Part shown: positions 39,509 through 53,271 of the stretch, piece by piece
How positions within the stretch are numbered: the first letter of the stretch is position 1
Layout of the letters: the number at the start of each line of letters is the position of its first letter
Assembly: GCF_025526975.1 (NCBI RefSeq)
Contig: NW_026515694.1
Location: forward strand, 248,001 to 312,000
Direction: 5' to 3'
Source: Fimicolochytrium jonesii
Taxonomy: Eukaryota
Length of the DNA stretch: 64,000 bases
The notes under the pieces: generated by a model
Databases searched by the model: none
Told to the model about the DNA's origin: nothing
The model's input: the letters and a program-made list of their open reading frames with translations, nothing else
Position numbers and translations under genes: made by a program

Positions 39509-40287
39509 ATGGGCAAAAAGAATGCGCCTAAGAGCGGGGGTGGTTCCGGCGATGCCTCAGAAGGTAAGGACGAATTCCCGCCGTTCCCGCAAGTTCCCAC
39601 TCGCCTATAGGAAATCGCGTGGGATATGGATGTCTTCGAGACGAGGCGGCGGGGAGTGTTCAAGGTGTCCGGACTTCGGCGACGACCCCAAAATGACCGC
39701 CGAGTGTATTCCTCAGGATGAGACTGAATTCCCATGCTTCCTGTAGGGAAAGGTAAGCTGAAACCTGCGAATGCCATCAAAGTGCGGCACATACTATGCG
39801 AAAAGCACTCCAAGGTGAGTTTGCTCCGACCAAGTTAGACACTTTATGGCGACGTTGGAACCAGCACAGCCGGTCGAGGCCGGAACGCTAACTGACATAT
39901 CTGGATGACAGAGCATGGAGGCGATGGCCAAGCTGAAGGAGCGGGTATCGTTCGACAAGGTACGGCCCCCGGAAAACTTCAAGCACGGTGTGCACCCTAC
40001 GTCTAACATTCAAGATTTCCCAGGTCGCCGAACAGTTTTCCGAAGACAAGGCAAAGGCAGGGGGTTCCCTGGTGAGTCCACTTCTCACTTTCAGGAGAGC
40101 GATGGAGACGGCATCTCAACAACTTGCCTCCTCCTAGGGGTGGATGACGCGAGGTTCAATGGTCGGTGCGTTCCAGGACGCGGCATTCGCGTTGCAGCCC
40201 TCGACGGTTGGGAATCCAAGCTATACAGACCCTCCGGTGAAAACGAATTTTGGATATCATATCATCATGGTGGAGGAGCGGAAGTAG
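39509..40287 (+). CDS. PIN4: Parvulin-type PPIase PIN4/Par14
   Basis: Spliced exons give [49 protein letters not shown] and [15 protein letters not shown]. Confidence 0.95.
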
Positions 40288-40597
40288 AGAGGCGCATGTG
40301 TATATAGAAGATTGATGCCAGCATGCGAGATGCCAGTGGCGTATCTTGTAGCATAACATCTATCCGTGAGGTCAGCATCACCCTAGTAAGTTATGGCGTT
40401 GACAGAGCATTCGGGTCGTTCTATTTGTAAGCCGAGAATCGACCAGGGATATGTGCTCCATGGAAACGCTTCACCGTCCTGCGTCCGGCCGTCTAGTTTA
40501 TCTCCAGGTCATATGCCCTTGCTCATGTGCCAGCAATCTTCCAAATTGCCAGCGTTCTAAATATGAATCCATATATCCATGAGACGGGCTCAAACGT

Positions 40598-41739
40598 CTC
40601 ATGTCTGCATAGCATCTGGATCCTCTTCCCAATTGTCTCCTTCTCCTTCCTCCGCCTCTGCAGGTAACTCAGGTAGTGGGGCAGGTGCCAGCCCAGCAGC
40701 GTCTATCAATCCCGTATGTAATGGGTCCGCGATGAGTGATCCAACCAGTGTAAGCATGTCGTTTGCCTTCACCAATCTAGTGGGAGAAATGAGTCATGCA
40801 AAGCCCGTGAATCACAGATTTCGAAATTCGCAAACGTACTCTGCCACAGTAAACCTCACGACCGATCCAACACCGATACTGATTGCTGGATCTCCATCAG
40901 CAGACGCCCGGCGCCACACCCCGCCTCCATGCCCCTCTTCTGTGGTCCCGTCTCCCGCTTCCTCGAAATATTTGAATTCGTCAAGTCGGATTTTCCCAGA
41001 TGGTATCGAAGCGTTGAAAACACCGTGCACCAGGAGACCAATGTGATCTGATGATACTTTGTTCACCACCCCAACTGTTGTTTGAAAAAGTACGCCTCAG
41101 TTACGCAGGACCCGAGACTAACAGCAAACCTCTTCCGCACGTACCAACGAGCTCCCCGACGATGGGCTTGAACAGCGTGAACCTCACCCGGACCTTGAAA
41201 TGCAGGTATGGGCTCTCATACATCAACCGCGCCGAATCCTCTACCGCCTTTACACCAGAGCAAGCCAACACCACCCCATCCAGTTCTTCCACGTAACGCA
41301 TGAGAAACCTATCGAGATATTCGTTGACTCCTTTATTCACATTGCCGATGAAGCATGGCGGGAGGCTCAATTGGATCTGAGCAACAACGGAAGAGAAGGG
41401 GGTTGTGGGCTTCCGATGGGATTTGGCGGAGTGTGGTTTCGCGTGTGTCGATGATGGCGTAGGGGTGGACTTTGTGGTTGCGCTCTTTTTCGATGCGCTT
41501 GTGGAACCATCAGATGGCTTTTTTGTCGAAGAGGTCGCTTTCTTTTTGTCGCTAGCACTTTTGGGCGTCTTTGGCGCCACATCTTCTGCTTTATCTGCCT
41601 TTTTCTGCTTTGGCTTTTTCGCTATTGCCGGTGTCCCCTCTAGCTTCTGCTTCTTCTCTGGCACTGCACTATCCGGAATCTCAGCGGCAGCGGACTTCCG
41701 CTTTCCCTTTTTCGACGTCTTGTCCGACGGTGTGGACAT
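40598..41739 (-). CDS. RPA43: RNA polymerase I subunit A43
   Basis: LMRYVEELDGVVLA, ESPYLHFKV..FKPIVG and SSDHIGLLVHGVFNASIP, with a Lys-rich N-terminus. Two introns. Confidence 0.9.
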
Positions 41740-42221
41740 TGTTTCGCACGTTTTTGTGCTGGAAGGTTTCGTTAAGGGGTCTACAGGCCACAATTCGGGG
41801 CTTCTTCTTTCCGAGGGCGCACGATTTATGCAGCTAGGTCCGGCGTTATCCTGAACGGGCCTATGTGATTCTGTGGTGCCTTTGAAATACCGGGTTGAGG
41901 TGTTCTGGCTATATGTTTTCGGTTATACCACCAGCGAGCAAGTCAAAAAAGCAACTGGGCGAACTGAGCGATTTCACCAGCCCAAGAGATCACGTGATTT
42001 ACGGATTCAGGCCTTGCGCGCGTCGAGTTGTGGAAGTTCCTGTCACCTTTGCCCACCACGGTTGTTGCCTGGGTTGTGTAGGAGCCAGCGTAGGAGCAGC
42101 CAACGAACTTCTTCTTCATGGCGTCGAAGGTATAAAACGAGGCTGGCCGCCGGCTCGGCGCTGTCGTTTGTCCTGCGTCTTCTCATCTGAGATCGGTGCG
42201 TCTTCTCCGAAATTGACTGCG

Positions 42222-43901
42222 ATGCGATCATCCATCGTCGTCTCATATATCGCCTGCCTCGCGTCACTGGCAGCTGCAGAAACAGTCCAGCCAGGCGCTG
42301 TCATCTCGACCCACGATACCTCTCCCAGCGATTCCATTCTCCGCTACTCGCTTCCGTCCTTGCACGCAAGACAAGACCCGGCTACATGTCCTCAAGGCGA
42401 AAAGAGATGTCCGCGAGGATGCTATCCTCTTTCTAATATCTGTTGTCCTGCTGGCCACGTAAGTCAGAGCACTCCTTCCGTTCGAGAACTGGTTCGAGAG
42501 GTACCAGATCCTCGTTGAAACACACTTTCCAGGGCTGCAACCCAGATGAAACCTGCATAGACGGTGGCTGCTTGAGACCACTCGGTAAACCCACGAAAAA
42601 CACCACCTGTACCAACACTGCCAACAACTACCTGGACAGTTTCTGCGGTGATAAGTGCATGCCTTTAGCGGCGTCATGCTGTCGCGGTTAGTTTTCAGCT
42701 GCGGTTGAAAGGTGCAGATTGGGGAATTTGTTGATATACGTCTCAACAGGCGATTCATTCTGTCAAAATGGATATTGCGCGACGAATGAAACGTGCACGC
42801 CATGGAGTTCTAATTCGAGAGAGGGGGCAGTCTTCAGTGAGGATGCGCTGTGTGGTTCCTTCTCCATGGCTCCAGGTCACCAATGCTGTCTCGGTGAGGC
42901 TCCGCGAAATTCCTCGACCTTGACCCGTAAGGAATTGCCGCTAACCGTCTCCCCATGATTATCAGCGATTGACGACGAATTCAACCGAAAATACGACGGG
43001 CCTGCCGCCAGCTGTCCGAGGTACACCACGATGCTCCCGCCCGGCGCAATAAGCTACCGATGCGGCGATAGCACCACTCATTCGCCTGGCAGAGGTAGGT
43101 GACAGCCGACGCAGTTTTATGAATTGACCTGGGACTGCATGGGGCGCCTTTCTGAAGTTTGACACCATTCCTGCACTCCTTCTCGAATGTGACTCCCAGC
43201 ACCACCGACTTGTACTGGCCCGGGGAGCACGGCATCCACCTGTGCCGAACTAGGTCTAGACGACTGCGGATCCGGCTGCATGGCGCGAGGCGGTACGTGT
43301 TGCACCGGCACAACCGGCGGTGCCGGCAATTCGACGTCCTGGACCTACTGCCCCCGAAACGGCGTATGCGCTCCAGATGGACGCACGTGCGAAAGCGTGC
43401 TTGATAGCGATGGCTGTGGCGTCCTGCAGGAGAAGTGTGGGTCAGGGTGTATGCGTGTTGGAAGTGTTTGTTGTGGTATGTATGCCTTTCCGCAATGCAT
43501 ACGGAGTACACGAGATGTGTGCGAAATGCTTGAGCATTCTTGCATTTCCCCATTGTGATTGCTCATCCTTCTTTCTTGCTTCAGGCGCCTCGTCGTGTCC
43601 CGCAGGCACAACCTGCGGCCCCAACAACCAATGCTTGAAAGACGGTGCAATCCCCTCCGGCCAGTGGGTCCCAGAAGTCGGCAACGTCGGCATCCTTTTC
43701 CGTTCTCGAGTAGTCGTTGGGAGGCCTGGTGCTACTCCTGCTGGCAACAGCACCGGGGCTGGTGGCTCTGGTAATGGCCCTGTCGGCAATACCGGTAAAA
43801 GCGGATCAAAGGATAACGGCAGCGCCGCGGTAGCAGCAACGGTTTCCGGCTTTCAAATCGCCGCCGCCATCGCGGGCCTTATCGTCAGCTTCCAACGGTA
43901 G
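42222..43901 (+). CDS. Secreted cysteine-rich repeat protein, probably GPI-anchored
   Basis: Signal peptide MRSSIVVSYIACLASLAAA, repeated C-x3-C-x5/6-CC units on separate exons, Gly/Ser/Asn linker and hydrophobic C-terminal tail. Confidence 0.8.
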
Positions 43902-44466
43902 AAGGTACAGACATTGCTCCCAAACGCTCGTCTGGAGAAGGACCGCGGCTAGCCTAGAGGTGTGTAGTATAGCACTGTAGCATTTTAGACGAAACAGGTA
44001 CCGTTAGAACCACCCTATACGCTTGCAATCTGACCGCGTCTTCGGTGGAATACATGAGAACCTTGAGAACACCACGCATGTTCGTTCTCTTGTGAATCCT
44101 GGGCAGATACCTGCAGACTCGAGACGCTATTGTGAAGGGTTCAACGCTATGATAGCCCACCCACCCAAGACCGCTGAACCATCCTCTTACAGGCCGGCCC
44201 CTGCATTCGCCTGAGAGTGAAGCAATGGCCATGGGCCACCACCCGCAGACCCCGTCGCAGAAAAGCCCACACGCCCGTCCCCACAAATGGAAGCTCGAAA
44301 TCAATCATACCGCGTTCTCGGTCTTGGATCCACACGAGAATCCACGGCGAGAATTCTCTGGTCTGTCGGCGGCGTCAAAAGACGTTACGTCCCCACACTG
44401 TGATCGCTCTCGGTCGTCGACTCGTCCCTCTACAGTACAGCACGTTTTGTACCCACAGTACCGCAG

Positions 44467-44515
44467 GCGATGATTAGCGATAATTTTAGCGAGCGAGTTA
44501 AGCGATGATTAGCGA
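44467..44515. repeat. Direct repeat GCGATGATTAGCGA within a TAGCGA-rich patch upstream of RNase T2
   Basis: Copies at 44467-44480 and 44502-44515. Confidence 0.75.
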
Positions 44516-44736
44516 AGCGAGCGGAGCGCTAATTAGATCCTAGTTGGAGCTGCATGCTTTTTTCTTACTACTTTGGACTCGGAAGCGGAAGAGAGGCTGT
44601 CAGCATGCATGTGCAGCCTCTCTGGATACACCTGGCGGTCGTTGCAGAAGCCAGAGCGAAAATGTTATAAAGACCCTGCGGTGAGCGTCAAGCTTCCTCG
44701 CTTCCTAGTGTGAGAAATCTCCAACGTCCACCCACA

Positions 44737-45709
44737 ATGCCTTCCGCCCTCCTCTCGACCGCTGTCCTCGCGCTGGTCGCGCAGACAGCCCTCGCCCTGC
44801 CCGGCTGCGATGGCAACTCCCACGGCAAAGACCCCCGACCACTCATCCCCCGAGACTGCCCAAAGACCGCCATCGGCTGCACCAACAGCACCTCGACCGG
44901 CCTCCCATACTCGGGATGCTGCGTCCCCGACCAGGGTCTCCTGGTCTTTGCCCAGAACTGGACCATGGGTTACTGCCAAAGCGGCGCCACCTGTGCGAAC
45001 GAGACGCTGAACTCGTTGCCAAAGAACGAGTTCACCATCCACGGACTGTGGCCTGACTACTGCGACGGTACATACAACACATCCCCTCTTGGATGTGACC
45101 CGGCCCGTGCGTACCACGATGTGTCGGAGCGTATTGCGGCCAACACGGTCGAGAAGGGTTTCGTTGAGAAGCTGAAGAAGGTGTGGAAGGGTGCGGATGG
45201 AAGCTACGAGTGGATGTGGTCCCACGAATGGACAAAGGTATGGACATCTCATGAGCCAGACGTTGAGCAAATTGTACACGATCGCGAAACTGATGTCACA
45301 TCTCTTGTCACAGCACGGAACCTGCATGTCCACCATCAACCCCACCTGCTTCAGCAAGGAAGTGCAGGCCGCCAACTCCTCCGCCGACGTCCTCACCTAC
45401 TTCCACACCACCTACAAGCTCCGCGAGCGTTACGAGATGGGCAAAATCCTCCGCAAGAAGAACATCGTCCCTTCCGCCACCAAGCCATACAAATTCGCCG
45501 ATTTTCAGGCCGCTATCGAAGCTGATACCGGTTACCCCGGCACACTTCAGTGCGTGAAGGTCAACGGAACTGCTTACCTGTCTGAGGTCTGGCTGTTCTT
45601 GAACGCTCGCCCCAACCTCAAGTTTGTGAGCCAGATCCCCGTTAAGCTTTACAACTCTTGCCCCAACAATACCGACATCTGGTTCCTTCCCCAGCCCAAG
45701 AAGCACTAG
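44737..45709 (+). CDS. Secreted ribonuclease T2
   Basis: Signal peptide, CAS I FTIHGLWPD and CAS II WSHEWTK|HGTC. One intron at about 45238-45313. Confidence 0.95.
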
Positions 45710-46135
45710 AGGGTATTGATACACACTTCCTCACTAGATTTTAGATTGTAGTAGATAGAACCACCCCGTACATATCGCCAACATTGAAAATCGATTGAGT
45801 ACTGGCCAACACACAATCAGCCAGTTATCGGTATGCGAAGACTTGAAACTGTTCTGGGAACTTGAAGTTATCTTTCCACTATGTTAATCATGCGGATTGC
45901 ATTGCGACAACGTCGTAAGGGGTAGAGAAAAAATCGTTGTTTATCTAATGTGACAGTCCGTATAAAGAATGGATAAGGGATCCTATATATCGTGTGCTAA
46001 AGTATGGGTAAACGTCTGTTCGGAAGTACGCCGTGTTCAGTCCGGTTGTTCGTGGTGATTATACGCCAACTCGGAAACACAGCAGTATCAGCATGCGGTC
46101 TTAAAGAAATGCGAGTGAGAGTGATGCTGGGGGGT

Positions 46136-46928
46136 CTAAGCCATGAAGAGACCGACGACACCGCCAAACACGGCGCCACTGAGGCCAGCAAGCCTCGATC
46201 CAGCGTCGTTCTTAGCCGCAGCGGTAGCAGTTGCAGTGGCGCTAGCAGTGTTGGAGATAGCGTCGGGAGCGGCGGTGGAGGAAGCGGTGGGAAAGGTCGA
46301 GTAAGTTCCGGAGAGAGTGGGAAACGGGAGGAGACTGGTGCTGCGGGTGACGGTGTTGGCGGGGACGCAGGCGTCACAGTACTGCGAGGTTTGCTGGCGG
46401 ATGGTTGAGATGGAGGGAGAAGTCGTGCAGAGCTGGTTGTAACTAGCGGCCACGGGTGAGAGCGGGAAACGTCAGAAGGAGAACCAAGGCATTTCTTCTT
46501 CGTACGAACAACCCTCTCCCCTCCATCTCTATTTCCCACTTACCAGCTCTGGACGGCGGTGTAGTCATTGCACAGACAGCAATAGTATAAGGCCTGGTTC
46601 TCACGGACGTTGTTGCAAGCGTTCTCGATTGTGGTGCCAGGGGTGGTGGCTAGTTTGTTTCCGTCCAAGATACCTGATATACCGGAGCAATGGTGAGCTT
46701 CTTTTCTGCTCTTCAAATATCATTCATGCCCGAAACGTACCGTTGCTGACACACAGGTTGAAGGTAGCCTGGTTAACGAAAGGTGAGCAGGGAGTAAATG
46801 TGAGAGCGGACCGAGAGCATTTCGACAGAAGTTCCACATACCTGGGTAGCATTTCCACAGTCCGTAGCGAACTGGGCGGCTGCAAGGGCCGGCAGGGCGA
46901 CGACGAAGAGGGCGACGAAGTTACGCAT
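46136..46928 (-). CDS. Small Cys-rich GPI-type cell-surface protein, 4 exons
   Basis: Signal peptide MRNFVALFVVALPALAAA, 10-Cys domain, Ser/Thr/Ala stalk and hydrophobic tail (NDAGSRLAGLSGAVFGGVVGLFMA*). Confidence 0.85.
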
Positions 46929-47422
46929 TGTAGCTGTAGTTCCTGTCCAGTGTTTCCGTGGGAATGATGCTGTTCGCTGCGAGTTGTGCGGCACGGGAGA
47001 GAAGGGCAAAAAGGGCAAACGCCTCCCGACGAGCCTTGCGGTCACTGCAGCCGCCCGTCGGGAGCGTTTGTCCAAATTCGCAGTTCCCACTCCACTACCA
47101 ACCACCGTCCCAATATATACGAACTATACATATACACATACATACGCTCCTGTGGGACGCTGTGGGGCAATAGACCTCCTTCCAGGTTCAGAACAATTGT
47201 GGGTCAACATGTGCCAAGTCTCGTTCGCCTCGTCCAACTGGCCGTCTCACCTGTCTCACTTCCATGGCCGCGTAGATCTCAACACATCACACATTTCTAT
47301 ACTACTTGAATCGTTTGCGGTTCACTCAAAAGGCAGAAGAAGGGGCTTAAGGAACTGCTGGAATACAAAACTTGGAATACGCTCTCTTTCTACTTTGACG
47401 AGGCGTGGCTGGAAGCTCCGCA

Positions 47423-50400
47423 ATGGCAGACCCCAACCGACCTGCTCCCGGTCGGGTCTTTATCCCACCTCGGCGCAACGTTCCAGCTCGTGCGTCAACG
47501 TCCAGCTCCCGAGAAAACAGCTATTCCGGAGATTATGGAAGCGGGACCCCCGTCAGTGCTCCATTGATGAATACTAGCGGCGGTGCACCGCCATTGCCAG
47601 GCCGCGCCGCTACATACAATCCTTCCGGACCTCACATACCACAAAGAGCTCCATCCGGCTCAGGGCCTAGCATCCCATCTCGCTCTGCGTCCGCCCAAGG
47701 GCTGCCAGAGCGGACAGCCAGCATCGCCAACAGGAACTCTTTCATGCCGCCACCTCGCAGAGTAACGGCAAATTCTCAAACGCAGGATGCCCAGCGATAC
47801 GCCGCACAACAGACAACATCGCCACAGCTCTCATATGAGCAACAACCGCCCCTACAATTGATGCCTGGACTGTCAATGGGATATCCCGGCGGGCCGGAAC
47901 CACAGCCCGGCTATCCGCAACCTCTAGCGTTTCCATCTCCCGATGGCATGGGGCAGCGACCGGTAGCCGGATTCAGTCAAGCACCCGTACCGCAGCAATA
48001 TGCAATGGCATATGCCCCACCTTACTCTGCTCCCAATACGAACCCCTATGGTCAACCTTCCGAGCTATTTCCCGAACCAGCACCAATCTTGGAAAACTTC
48101 ATAACAACGGAGAGTCGGCGACCACAGTCACTCTATTCTGAATCGAATCGACTAAACACTGTGCAACAACATAGGCTCTCCCTCTCTGAGATTAGTCCCG
48201 TCTCGTTTGGTGAGGGATCGCAGCCTGATTTGCAACGCACTTCTACCGAGAACTCTTTGAACATCCCTCCACGGTCGGGGGGCTTCACCATACCATTGCG
48301 GAATGCGTCCGTCAACCGTCCCAACATTGATACCCTGCTGGACGAAGGAGCGACCGCATTTGCGCTGCCGAGGCACAACGTTGATGAGGCGCTTGGAAAG
48401 TGGCGCCAGGCGAGAGAGCTCGCTTTGAGGGAAAACGATATGCTCAGAGAAGCAAAGGCGTTGTCGAACATTGGGTGTGCGTTGAGGAATCTTGGGCGAT
48501 TGAGGGAGAGTCTGGACGAGTTGCGGCAAGCGTGGGATATATCCACGCGTTATGTCGAAGAACATGCCCGCACAACAAACTCCTTGTGGCTGCAGCTGGT
48601 CATGCGGCATGCGGACATCGACTCCGATGTGGAGGAGGATGACCCAATTCCGGTGCTAACGTCTGACAACGCCGCGAACGGAGAAAGCCATGATCCATCA
48701 CAGGGCCCGCCAATCGTGGTGTGGTTCCTTCAGTTGACTACCAACCTGGGCAATGCCCACTACTGTCTGGGACAGTACCAGGAGGCGATCCAATATCACG
48801 ACATGTGCAAGAGATTAGCAGAGGCGGTGCTGGAGGAATACCCGCTTCCTCCGCAGTTCACTCTGGGGACTTTGCAGCGAACGAACATCTCTACGGCTTC
48901 CTTGAAGTCAGCGGCTGGTAGAGAGGAGGGAGATTCCGAGAGTAATCGTGGAAGTACTGGGGAATTAGGCCCCTCCACCAAAACCAAGATCAAGCTGTCG
49001 TACCTGCACCGTCAAACACTCATCGCCGAGACACGTTCGCTCACGCATTTGGGTCTTTGTTATCAACAGCTCGGTCTGGATGACGAAGCTCTGTCGACGC
49101 ACAAGCAAGCGGAGACGATCGTATCGTTCTACTCTGCCCGTCTTCTTCTGAACACCACATCGACCCGCCGAGCCTCCCTGTCCAATCCGAACGATATCTT
49201 CACAGCTGTATCTTCCGCGGAAGCTGGAATTGTCGCCAACTTGGGAACGGCCCATCATGCGAAAGGCCACATCCACACAGCGACGGATTACCACAGCCGG
49301 GCGGCCAAGCTGTTCTCCAACATCGGCGATCAACTCGGAAAGGCGAAGCAAGATGCCAACCTTGGGTGTCTGTCCATCGAGGTGGGCAAGCTGGTGAACA
49401 ACCTCCAGTGGGCTCATGAGGTGAACCTGGCGCACCAGAGAAATCCCGCAAATCTAGTAGCAAAGTTGAACACATGTCGTCAGTTCTGGGGCCCCCCAAG
49501 ACTGGAGACGATCAATTGGGGAGTTGGAGCGCCGGACGAGGATGCACCTGAGATCTTGGGACAACCCCTGTTCGATGAAGGGATCTTGGCTCTTTATGAG
49601 ATTGAGAAAGTGTTTCGACGGAAGCAAGACTGGCTTGGTCGGGACTTCGTTTGGGCGAATCTAGGTAAGAGCTTTTTTGTTTTTCTGTGTCATGAAGTGC
49701 AAGACTCCTGAGTACCTTCTTTTCCTATAGCTGTGGGTTATGTTCTCCTGCACCAGCCATACTTGGCATTGTACTACTTATCGCGGTTGGCGCCGGAGGT
49801 GCCCGCTGATGGCACAAACCCAACAACGGGGCTCTTCAGTCCCGATGCCAGCAATGCGTACGGCACGAAAGCGATATCCCCATTCCTGTACCCCCATGTC
49901 TATTTCACCTTGACCCAAGCCCTCTTCCTCCTCACACGGCTAATGCAAGCCACTCCCGGACGGCCGCTGTTCCCTCAACCAGGCGACGGCTATCTCGACC
50001 ACGGAACGGGATTGCCAGTCATGGATCCCGAGCCGGTCTCGCGATTCTTGAAGGCGATGCATCTGGAGAAACTCACCCCCGACACGATAAATGACGAGAA
50101 AGTCATGGAGCTTTTGGTAAACTGCCGAGAGGTCCTTGATGGGATTGTCGGTGCGCGCACGCAGGCTACAGCCACGATGATGTTTGCCCTCTCGGGCAGC
50201 GGCAGCACGGTCGGATTGGACGCAATTAGGCAGAAGAGTGTTTTGACGACCGCGACGTGTGCCAAAATGGGGTATTTGTTGGCGGATGGGCCGGTCGATG
50301 TGCCAGAGGTGTTCAAGAGGCTGTACGTAGACGACGGGAATCGCGCCTTGAGCAGATGCGCGAAGGAAATACTGGGCAAGGCAGGGCTGTCTCCGAGCTT

Positions 50401-51025
50401 TGGCGAACCGATTGCCACGCAAGCGTGGGACGGCAGCTCACCGTCTGGGCCTCCCATTGACGGACCCGTCACACCTTTCTTGGCCATCAGCGACAGAATC
50501 TTATCGGCGCCTCGGAATGCAATCGAGACCGACTCGGTGAAATCGCAGTCTACGTCATCTCGATCATCGCTTTATGTTGGAGGAGGGGCTATCGCAGCCG
50601 ACTCCTTGGAGGGGCAACCGGCAGTTCTCGGCACTCTCCTCGGGATCACGGCCGACCTGATATCATTCGCCGTGTCCAATCGGTCAAAAACTCAAGGCAC
50701 AAGCCTGGATCTCCCCTCCCTTCTGGGCTGCCCACCTGAAATCGACATCTTCGAGACACGCAAACGGCTCCTCCACGCCGCAATGCATGTCTACGGCTCC
50801 GCCATCGGTTTATGTCCCGCCTGCGCCGAGAAATTGATACCCGCGGTGGAGCAAGCCCGAGCGCCCATTGAGGGCGAAACCCCGCAAGACGAGTTTCACG
50901 AAGGCGCTGATATCGTCTTTGTCAAAATGTCGGAGCGTGATAAGCGCGACCCCAACTTTGCGCCGACGGGGCATAGCAGTCCGGCGATCGTTTACCCGTG
51001 TCGCCATTATAGTTGGCCCAAGTAA
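47423..51025 (+). CDS. Large TPR-repeat protein with Pro-rich N-terminus
   Basis: TPR-like units EAKALSNIGCALRNLG, NLGNAHYCLGQYQEAIQYH, THLGLCYQQLG and ANLGTAHHAKG. Intron at 49665-49730. Confidence 0.85.
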
Positions 51026-51726
51026 AGACACGCTCTGTCGATTCCCTCTCGCTTCACTGGGTTTTGTCGTTTATATCGTAGCTTTGTAATTTACACACAC
51101 GGTGTTTTGGGCCTTGCCCGTCACGCGTCGCAGTGTTCTTCCAATCGTAGTTTCCTCCCTCATCCCCCTTTTTTTGGATTGTAAATGTGTTGTTCCACCC
51201 AATTCGTATCTCCACTCTTCCCTCAATCATTCCGTATACTTCACGTCGCCCCCCTGCTCTTATTCATACAATTGTACATTTCGTTAAGCTATAACATGCG
51301 CGCCCATGGCATTACGGCCTATGTACTTCAAATCAGGAGAGCATAGAATCCCAAAGCGAGTGCCCATACTCAAGTTTGACAGCATTTCAACAGAATTAAT
51401 GTTATCCGGAGGCGGCCACACTCACCGACCTCCTCCAGCTTTCAGCGTGGCCCATCGACATTGCGCGACAAAGTCCGGAATTACTGTACTTGGTGGATAA
51501 ATACGTTCGACACTCACGAAGTCAACCTCAAAGCTTCTTGATGAGATCGGGAAGGAGAGGGATCGACGACTCATTCACAGCAAGTTATACGAACGGATTC
51601 CGGGTCGCCAGCTGGGCTGGGACAGGAGGTTGTGGCAAAGTATATGAGCAGAGGAGGCTGAGCGGTGGCCCAAATCATGAAATTACGAAATATGCATTAC
51701 TGTGTGTCTATATGAGCGCCTATCAC

Positions 51727-52601
51727 CTATATCCTCGGGGCCGTGGCATCGTACTTCACGACAGCCTCCGCCAGCTTCTCTCCGAATTCTTGGGCTGAGG
51801 TGAACCCTTGTGCGGAAACTACCTCCTTATCTATCACGACCTTGGTGCCCATGGGGATGGGATTGACTTCGACGATGGCGCCGGCCTTCTCGAGTTCGGA
51901 TTGCACCTTGAACTTGAGGGCGGAGCGGAACATGACCTCGTTCATCGACTCCTCGCGGTCGCTGTAGCATGAGACTTTGTAGCCGGCGTACAGGAAGGGA
52001 CCGACGGTGCGGGTGGAGAGGAGAGCGATGGGGCCGTGGCAGAGGGTACCTAGAAAGAACAGCCATGTGTGATGAATTTCAATCCTTACAAAGCTGCCCA
52101 AGCGCGGCGAGGCCGATGACTCTGTAACTCACCAGTAGGCTTCGACCTGTCGTGGAAGTGCTTCAAGATCCGTCCAAGGTCCTTGTCGTCATGCAGATCC
52201 TGCATCGGTGCATGTCCACCGGGGATCAAAATACCCTTGAACGTCTCCAGATCCGCATCCGTGATGTCCGCCAACTTGAACGGCTGGCTCAACCTAGCCT
52301 CGTTCTTCAGCTTCTCCACGAACGCCTGCTCCCGGTTGCGCTCGAGGAAGTTGAATAGGAAAACGGGGAGAGATTCGGAGAGGGGGTCGGCTGATGGTGC
52401 GTTTCCCTTGGGGTTGGCGAAGACTGGTGCGTAACCCGCGTCTAGCAATTTGATGACGGGCTTGACGAGCTCAGGAAGGAAGAAGCCGGTGGGTTGGTCT
52501 TTGTTGTTGGCGAGGGTGATGTGGTCTTCACTGGAGAGGACAACGAGGACCTTCCCCTTGATGGGCTGGGCGGAAATTGGGACGGATTGGACGGAGGACA
52601 T
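51727..52601 (-). CDS. DJ-1/PfpI (Hsp31/glyoxalase III-like) protein
   Basis: KVLVVLSS, TGFFLPEL, IPGGHAPMQDL and nucleophile elbow TLCHGP. Intron at about 52132-52050; TATAAAAA at about 52731-52724. Confidence 0.92.
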
Positions 52602-53271
52602 TTTTTGCGTTTGGTGGGTTGGGATTAATTTGATTAGAGTGTGGTTTTCGGTGCAGATTGATGAGCTTGAAAAGGTACGTTGAGTTGTTGGTGAAGCAGC
52701 CGGACCGGTAGAAGCCAGTGCCCTTTTTATACCTTTTTCACGAGCGACTCGGAACGAGTCACTGTCTGGTCCGGCGGCGCTCTCGGAGCTCCCGCTGCAC
52801 ATGCACATGCATCATATCGCCACAAATTACAAAACGTAGAACAGCCTTCCACCTCATGCTGACACCACCAGTGTTGGGATCGTTGATCAATGCGGCTGCC
52901 GGCAATGGGCATCATCCATCGCGGGGTTCCATCAGACTCCGGCGTCCGCCCAACGTCTTTCTGTGATGATGATGAGAGACGCCGAACTGGACAGTGGTTT
53001 GAGGCTTGGAAGCGCAATGATGTAATGACGGCATAGCGGATAACGTCAAAGTCTCAATTGACGGGAGCCTGAGACGCGCCATTTGTACCCCGTCAGCAAA
53101 GCCACTTGACGCTCGACCATGCAAGCTGATGCACCCGTTAGTGAGTCTGGAAAGCGAAATCAAGTCTGTATCGTGCAGTTCGTGTATCTACCAGCCATAG
53201 TCAGCTTTCTATTCTCCGGCTGTCCGTGTGGACGTCTAATGGAGGGGTATGGAACTGGCCATCTACGACGA

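Noticed and set aside
52963..53072. Possible box C/D snoRNA (GTGATGA...CTGA)
   Set aside because: There is no terminal stem, and the putative guide resembles rRNA in sense rather than antisense orientation.
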